Assembly: GCA_030141605.1 (NCBI GenBank)
Contig: JAQGDQ010000603.1
Span: 62,001-126,000 of the forward strand
Direction: 5' to 3'
Origin: Tubiluchus corallicola
Lineage: Eukaryota; Animalia; Priapulida
Length of the DNA stretch: 64,000 bases
Shown: positions 56,801 to 64,000 of the stretch, piece by piece
Layout of the letters: each line of letters starts with the position of its first letter
Position numbering within the stretch: position 1 is the first letter of the stretch
The notes under the pieces: generated by a model
Told to the model about the DNA's origin: nothing
The model's database searches: none
What the model saw: only the letters and a program-made list of their open reading frames with translations
Program-made: the position numbers and the translations under genes

Positions 56801-59617
56801 GTAACTATATTTCATTTTCTACTTATAGAGCATAATAGTTAAAGATAATAATGCAAATTGTAATGTAAAAATACATGCTGAAGTGATAGTAAATTACAAA
56901 TTACAAATTACAACAATAATTATTAAATTTTTATATTTTGCTGTTGTCGTATTTTACTATTTTCAAAGGTGTGCCAGCGGTCGTCACTCTATCGTCACAC
57001 TTACCCAACGGCACGCTAGATGGCGCCACGTATGCTGAAGCGTTCCACAAATTAAGAGAAGCCGGGGCAGACGTAGTGGGCTTGAACTGCAGTCGTGGGC
57101 CCGAGACGATGATGCCTGTTTTGGTAGAAGCACGAAAGAAGTTTGAGGTTTGTAGTTTGCAGGAGTTTGTGTGTGGTTGGTGCACGGAACTCTTTAGCGA
57201 TGTGAGAAAACACGAACAAAATAAGTTGAGAAACTACAGAACATTTAAAACTCAATACAAAATGGAAAAAACTACTAAATCTTGTTGTCCAAACTTAACA
57301 AATACTTAATGACAAAATTTAATAAACTTAGAATAAATTCTGGTAAATTGTACATTTTAATAACAAAATTCAATAAACTTAGAATAAATTCTCATAAATT
57401 GTACATTGAAACTGGCCGTTATCACAAATCTAAAAAATATCCGAGCCGAGAATTTGTTGTGGAGATCGCTGGCATCTATTAGAATTAAATAGAACATTGT
57501 AGAATGTTCCATTAGAATAATCGTCTTACCTTGTAGAATGTTCTAGAAAGGAACGTCTAGAATGTTTCCCTGGCACCCTATATAAGGCGAAGCAGCCCAC
57601 TGAGACACGCACACGCAGATTCACACGGACGCCACTTACACATTCTCTTGTATACTTGCATTTTCAGATACACTTAAACGTTTTCCAGATTTTCACGTTT
57701 AGTGTAATCATTTCGTGCTCCTTCATACTTTTGTGTTGTAGAATTCTCGCTTAATAAACTAGTTTAATTTGATGAAGTGTTTTCTTGTTTTCTCTACGAG
57801 CCTTCCGAGAGAAACAAAACACTACAGAATTGAAAATGTCAATATTTTGCGTAAAGTCTGAAATAGAGGATAAACTTTATGTTACTTTGTACTTTACATG
57901 ACGACTTGAGACCTAACTTATATAAAAAACTGAAACTGTTTAACCCTACATTTGCTGTTATACCTGAACAAGAGAAATTTAAATTTCTAGGTCAGAATGA
58001 CTTAGATGTTCTTAAAATTATAATCAACTACGTATATAATGCAACTGAATTACATTACAGTATTAACATTTGAATAGATTTAAAAAAAATCATACTCGCG
58101 CCTCTAATACGAAAATATTGTAAATAGATTATTAAAAAAAACTAATGCTTTCTTAAAATTAACATGTCTTATAAACTGTTCAATACAACTAAATTAATGT
58201 TTCTTGATTAGAGAAACTGTCGTCTGGTCTGTAGTAATAGTATTTTTTGTTTTTCTCACATTTTTTGATGTAATTTTTTTGGGGGGAGTCGTGCAATAAA
58301 CTGATCTACCCACCAACATTTCGATACACAAAGTGCTGAGCCAGTTTGACTTACAAAGCTGACCTGCAGGATTAATGTCAGTGATGAAATTTTAGAAACC
58401 AAAATTTTAGAAACCGAAAGAAAAGAAATGTGAAAGATATGTATGAGCTTGGACTTGGGCTTGAATTACGACATGTTCCTGGTTCAAATTTTTCTATTCT
58501 TACAAAGCAACAAATTTAGATCAAGCTGTGCCTACCTGTCACAACAATAAGTTTTTAGTTGAATTAGATTTTAAATACCTTTGATTTCATACAAAAAATA
58601 TAAATATTTCGTCTTACTTGATACGCACATTAATATTTCTTTTTACTTGATACGCACATTAATATTTCGTCTTAATTGATACGCACATTAATATTTCGTC
58701 TTAATTGATACGCACATTATTAATATTCCGTCTTACTTGATACGCACACGCCCATTTACGGCTGCTAAACTAAATTTGTGCGTAGAATTTAAGAATACTT
58801 CTCTTCTTTCTGGTTTTAGGCTATGTGTAAGATTTCTAAATGGCGCATAAAGTAACATCTTTACCTAGTTAGTCTGATGCCAAAGTTTTCACCTGTTTTC
58901 ATTATTACAGGGGCCGCTAGCAGCTTTACCTGTACCTTATAGAACTGATAGTGAACGCTATACCATGCAACAATTGAGAGACAAAAATGGTAATTTCTCC
59001 GTATTAAAACGAAATCATTAGATTATTAATGACAGAAATTTTGCTATATTAAGAATCTCATTTATTTAGTTGGAGAATGGAGTATTTGACGTTACCTTTT
59101 CAAATGATTTTAAAATTGTATGACAAATAGGCAGCCGCTGCCAATCTTAGTAGGTTCACAGAGCCGCGCGTAGCTTTGAAAGTTTAACGAACTTTGAGTA
59201 TCCGAGGTAATTATTATTTAGTCCAAGCTTTGATTTAAAAAAAGCTATTGCAGTTTTCAATATTTTAGAGCCTTCTTTATTCTGAACTCGTGTTTACACA
59301 ATCATCCGGTTTTCCTTCAATTTTTTGCAGGCAAGCGGTCGTTCCCAGAACTAGAAGCACACCTGTGTTCACGGTCCGACATTGCCGACTTTGCGCAACA
59401 ATGCAAGGAGAACAACATCCAATACGTTGGACTGTGTTGTGGAAACATGGCCTGCTACATGAGAAAGCTGGCAGAGACTCTAGGGAGGCGTCCACCTGCT
59501 AGCAAATACTCCCCAGACCTGAGCCAGCATTACGCATTTGCAGATAGTAAAGTTAACCCTAAGACCAGGGAATACCATACTGAAGTCATGGCTCGACAGG
59601 TTGGCTGGAAAGATTAG
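50889..59617 (+). CDS. BHMT: BHMT-like homocysteine S-methyltransferase, copy 4, divergent paralog (351 aa)
   Basis: Exons 50889-50904 (MGKTK-G, least certain), 53864-54054, 55004-55201, 55920-56025, 56969-57147, 58911-58989, 59331-59617; GT-AG, open frame, GLNCSRGP and VGLCCG. Confidence 0.9.
51059..51270. mobile_element. MITE (PIF/Harbinger-like ends)
   Basis: TIRs ATGGCGCGTTCACACGTAGAG / CTCTACGTCTGAACGCGGCAT; internal repeats of CCGTTCACACGT(T)GCAACTTTAC. Confidence 0.75.
52420..53590. repeat. ~75-bp minisatellite (about 12 units) embedded in an element that recurs unexpanded at 54600-54930
   Basis: TTTTAACTATCTGACATGATTTTGTTGTAATCACTTCATTCATTGTAAGCCTGTGTTTTTATCTGTGTGAGACA repeats; both flanks match 54600-54930. 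Confidence 0.92.
54155..54340. repeat. Short nonautonomous element with a CCCTAA-like core flanked by inverted GTCACAG/CTGTGAC motifs
   Basis: AAAAATGTCACAGAAAAAA ... CCTAACCCTAAC ... TTTTTCCTGTGACTTTTT. Confidence 0.5.
55264..55550. mobile_element. hAT-type MITE in copy 4 intron 3
   Basis: CAGGGCTGTCTCAAC / GTCAAGGCGGCCC imperfect TIRs with subterminal TTGCCCGGGGGCC twice. Confidence 0.6.
57225..58300 (+). mobile_element. LINE 3' remnant interrupted by a solo LTR
   Basis: [14 protein letters not shown] before the LTR and [15 protein letters not shown] after it form the usual ORF2 C-terminal succession; AATAAA at ~58295. Confidence 0.6.
57455..57826 (+). mobile_element. Solo LTR (372 bp)
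   Basis: TGTTGTG...CACTACA ends, 5-bp TSD GAATT on both sides, TATATAAG at ~57579, AATAAA at ~57753. Confidence 0.88.
58604..58748. repeat. ~29-bp tandem repeat (AATATTTCGTCTTACTTGATACGCACATT) x5
   Basis: Direct reading. Confidence 0.88.
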
Positions 59618-62600
59618 GTTCATAGAACAGCATAGTCAAATCAAGAGTCAAGAATGATTTCAAAACTTAGGGAACTAATAGTTATTTGTTATGTATTTGA
59701 GCAAGACTTTTTAGTTATATAAGTTTTTTCAAACTTAGCAGCAACAACGAAAGTACCAGACTGACGTGTTATAATCACACAGCTAAAAAAGTATATAGTA
59801 GTGTAGTTTATTAACGTGCAATGCAATGCTGTTATTTTGTTATGCTTGATTTTAGGCACAGAGAAGTATGGATAGGAACCAAAATTCTATGATAAATATT
59901 TGCACTGCACACAACAGAAAAGTGTTTATTGAACTATAGAAAACATGAGTAGCAAAACTGCTGCACTGAACATTGAGCAAAAACTAGAAAGCAAAAACAG
60001 TCAGTAAAACCTGTTTCACAGTCAGTATACAGGTATAGAACTTGACCTATGCAACTTGCACGGGCTTCACAACAACCATTAATTTTAGATAGGTAGAGGA
60101 CCAGTGTGTATGTAGTCACTGGACCATACAGTTATTTACAAGATTAGCACATAGATGGCAGCACCTAACTACGATGTACAATACCAACTTCCACAAATGC
60201 AATATACAACGTGTAGATAGGCAAACGCACATTATACAAAAACATCCCAACACTACCAGGGTGTAATCGTCGCGTTGAAACAGCAAAGGTTAAACTATTA
60301 AAAATTCGCATATTTAATCAACTTTAACTATAAAGTCATTAGTTAGATAATTTAATTCAGCATCAGGATTCTGCTTATCGATGTCATTTATTTAACCATC
60401 AGTTACTTGGGCATTTTCATTTTCAGCATTTAGTTACTCTATCTGCCAACTACTCATAGCGAGCTTGTATTTACTCCTTTTGAGCTTTTGGTTACTGAAT
60501 GTGAGTATATGAGTATCAACTTGCACATGCCGAACATTATATTACTCAACTTTAGTGTGAGTTTTTAACTCTGAGTTCTGATTTAAGTTAACGAATGTGA
60601 GTATCGAATAAGTTAAAATTGAGTACCACCAAGTTACTCATTTAGAATTTTTGAAGCACTCAGTCTGAGAAACAAGCTACTCACTTTGATCGTAAACTTA
60701 CTATCTATGACCGTCCTGTTACTCAACCTGAAATACTGAATTTTGGCATGAAGTCAAACATTTGGGCAATCACTTTACATACGAAAATAAAATAGCAGTT
60801 TCTGACTACATTTTAGTACTAGTCCACATAGTCTAAATACTGAGTAGTGAGAATAACAGCATAATATAGCAGCAATTTAACTGCATAAATTGACCCTACA
60901 TGACCGCCTAAAAATTTCTTCATCTTGTCAATTTAAAGATTTTTTTCTGCACGTGAGACAGCATTCTTCTGACGTGATAAAAGCATTATTTGACTACCTG
61001 GTTACCAATTTTATAGCACTGTTATGGTATAATAAAATCTTTAAACACATTAACACTGGAAGCTCACCATAAAGGTCACCCTATTGGTGTCAAGCAAAAG
61101 TCATTCACTTTCTGTAGAAATAACCTGCAGTAGAAATGACCATTACCTGTAGCAACCTGCAACCTGCAACACCAACCTTACTTTAGCACCCTGTGGCATG
61201 TTTTTTAATCCAGATTGCCTAATCCAGATTGTGGTTGAGAAAAGTCAAACGATTTCAGCCTGATTTATTTAAGATTTCCCAACAAACATGAATGTTTAAT
61301 CAACACAAGTGTTCCATGGTGTTACAGCTGAATACCTGTAGTTGATATCAAGGCCATCAAGTTTACCAGGAAATGATTTTATACCTGACACGGTCTGCAC
61401 GTTTATAATCTGTCATTATAGTTGATAGATTATAGCTTTTAAATCATTCTGTTCACAGAACGTGAGGGAGAAAGTCGTTTGTTGCTACTACAATTGCAGT
61501 TTTTGAAAAGTGTAACTTTACTGATTTTGTGTTGCGTATTACAAGTGAATCTTTTGTTGTTACAAATTGTTTACGAGTTCTTCACAGAAAAGGTAATCGC
61601 ACAAATAAGATTAAAAACACGAGAAAACTCGATGAGAGCAAAAGGAACCTTTACTGCAAAACGAAAATTTCAAGTTGTTAGAGCAATACCAGCACCACAA
61701 GATCAGCGTAAACATAAAATTGATTATTACTATGAAATTTTGTTGAAAATAGATTTTTTATATGGCTAAAGTTACCTAAAATAAGTGGTTGATTCGTGTT
61801 TTTTGAGAAACCTTCCCATTTTTTCGTTACGCATTTCTACCAATTTTAGATGTTTATAGTTTGTATTAGAAAATAAAAGACTTGTTTCGATTTGATTTGA
61901 CAGAAAATGACACACTGATGCATAATAAGTAAGTAATCGTAATTCTAGTAGCTTGTCCCGAAGTCTGCAGTTTTAAGTGTTGATGACTAGTTAAGTCATT
62001 TAAGTCATTTTTTTCACATTACACATTTACAATAGTTTCATATACAATATATAGTGAAAGGGCCTACAATGAACATAATACAAATAAGTTTTTATTGTTT
62101 CTGCACAGGAAAAGCCTCACACACTGTTCACCTATATACGAAGGTAAATGTGTTGCGGGCAATGAAAAAGCAGGGCTTGCTAGATTGTCCCACACTGTGA
62201 AAGAAAAAAAAGTAATGGAAATAATCTGAAAATTTAAAGTGAATCGTATGATAAAAAACATTTAGTGCTTCAGAATGGAATGATGTAATGAATGAAGCTC
62301 ACATATGAGATGATATAAAAGATAGAAAGACTATTATTTGTTAATAGTATGTAAAATTAAGGTAACTTGATTAAGATACCTGAACTGTTTTGCCACCACT
62401 GTGAGGATGGATACTGATAGAAGTTTTGATTACTCACTGATACTTACTTAAACTTTGATTTAAGTAAACCGTAATATTTTGTGGTAAACATAGCATAGTA
62501 CCTGTGTCCTATTTATGCTATTTGCATCATCACAATACTTGCTAATATTAGCATTTTTGACAACATGTATCATACTTGCAAGATATTATCGTCTTTTAAT

Positions 62601-63239
62601 GAGATATTCACACTGACCACTTTACTGACCCCCTAACTAAATTACCTCTCTTTGTTTTTCTGCTAGTATAACCCCTTTTCCATTTTCTTTGCTTTCTAGA
62701 ATTTGATTTTTTAGCATTTTTTTAAATCTAGTAATAGATATGCTCTTTTTTGTGGATTGACAAGTTCTATTGTTATTCATTGTGTCTCTGTTTACACTTT
62801 TGATCTGTTTACATTGTAAGCCCATTAAACATGAAACAAACATTACGCTAATAAATTTGATGCAATTTTTAGTAAGCGAACGTGGCTAGCACTATTACGG
62901 ATACTCTGCTGGTTTGTGGGCAAATAACACAAGAGGAAGCAGATATATTTGCCAACACGCGCCACCAATTAGATTTTGCTTCAAACTAGCCAAGTTATAG
63001 TCTGTACCACATGGGCGGAAACTTTTAATAACATCATTCACGTCACAGAATCCGTGGTACTGATGCTGCAGCAGCGGAGTTTTGAGATGCTAAAAATAGT
63101 AGCGTTTAAGCTTTGCCGAGTGTTGCGCTGGTATGCATAACTGTGTTGTGTAATGGTGGCTGTGCTAAATCAAAGTTGAACTTTTTAATTTCAATTTAAT
63201 TTCGAGTAACCGAGCGGCACCTCGCGTGAAACGGTCAAG

Positions 63240-63474
63240 ATGATGCCGAAATCGTTGATTTTGTTAACCCTAGCGGTAGCCGTGACTCTCATCATGGAAC
63301 TAATAGGATTTGCATTGAACACGTGGGTCCTGGGTGATGTGTTTAATCCAACTAATAAGGACCTGTCCGAGGTTTGGGCCGGATTATGGAAAATCTGCAC
63401 TAAAGATTTTTGCTCCCGACTGTACGAGGACCCGACGGGAAAGCAAACTCCAGTGTTGCCAACAAGCCCTCCCG
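63240..63474 (+). CDS. First coding exon of a claudin/PMP22/EMP-superfamily tetraspan protein (continues beyond the window)
   Basis: N-terminal TM helix then W..GLWKIC....C signature; perfect donor G|GTAAGT at 63475. Confidence 0.82.
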
Positions 63475-63910
63475 GTAAGTACCTCTTTTTATACATTTTT
63501 GCACTCTGGAAGTACCGGAACCCATTTTATAACAAGGATAACTGTCGAAAGCACATTTCCGAAATTAAGCCATTATTTAACATTTTACTGCATTAAATCA
63601 TGTAAATGTTTTAAGTCAAGGTCAAATGAAATTACTTAACCTTTCTTACTGTATGAAGTATTGTAAAATGTATTCAGACTTTGATTAAAGCCAATTCGCG
63701 GTCCATTAAATCAGCAGTGACCTAGAAAATTAACTCACGAAATGGGATTGTATAAACAGGTTCAGGAAGTATTTCCCTGGGAAAACCATTTGATGGTTGA
63801 TGCTGTAAAGGTGTTTGATGCAGTAAATGATGCAGTTTGATGCATCAAACACCTTATGATGCAGCAAGGAGCCTACAACTAGTTTTCCAAATTTTATATT
63901 GTGCATAGAT

Positions 63911-64000
63911 CAGTGGTTCCCAAACTTTCTCGGACCGTTACCCAAATCGGGAAACCCGGTCGTGTCCATTACCCCCCACCTAGTACTACTTCTCCAACTC
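63911..64000 (+). mobile_element. Start of a hAT/Charlie-like MITE
   Basis: CAGTGGTTCCCAAACTTT terminal motif; the other end is outside the window. Confidence 0.5.

Overview
AT-rich animal (probably invertebrate) genomic DNA with spliceosomal introns; nothing here looks prokaryotic. The window is dominated by a tandem array of four + strand betaine-homocysteine S-methyltransferase (BHMT)-like genes. Each has 7 coding exons, and exons 2-7 have identical lengths in all copies (191/198/106/179/79/287 nt). All four splice into open 351-357 aa frames with the three Zn-binding cysteines. Copies 1-3 are young and mosaic; copy 4 is older but carries a gene-conversion-like tract. A recently inserted, already crippled BEL/Pao LTR retrotransposon (5-bp TSD) sits in intron 5 of copy 1. 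Between copies 1 and 2 lies a - strand four-exon gene the ORF track does not assemble: signal peptide, EGF domain, a 54-bp (GPP)3 collagen-like exon and a Gly/Tyr/Arg/Asp repeat tail. Its last codons, stop and proximal 3' UTR appear to come from an exon-less relic of another BHMT copy read antisense. The first exon of a claudin/PMP22-family gene starts near the right edge. The rest is LINE fragments, MITEs, a solo LTR and many mini/microsatellites. All gene models were assembled by eye from GT-AG sites and frame continuity; no database searches were run.
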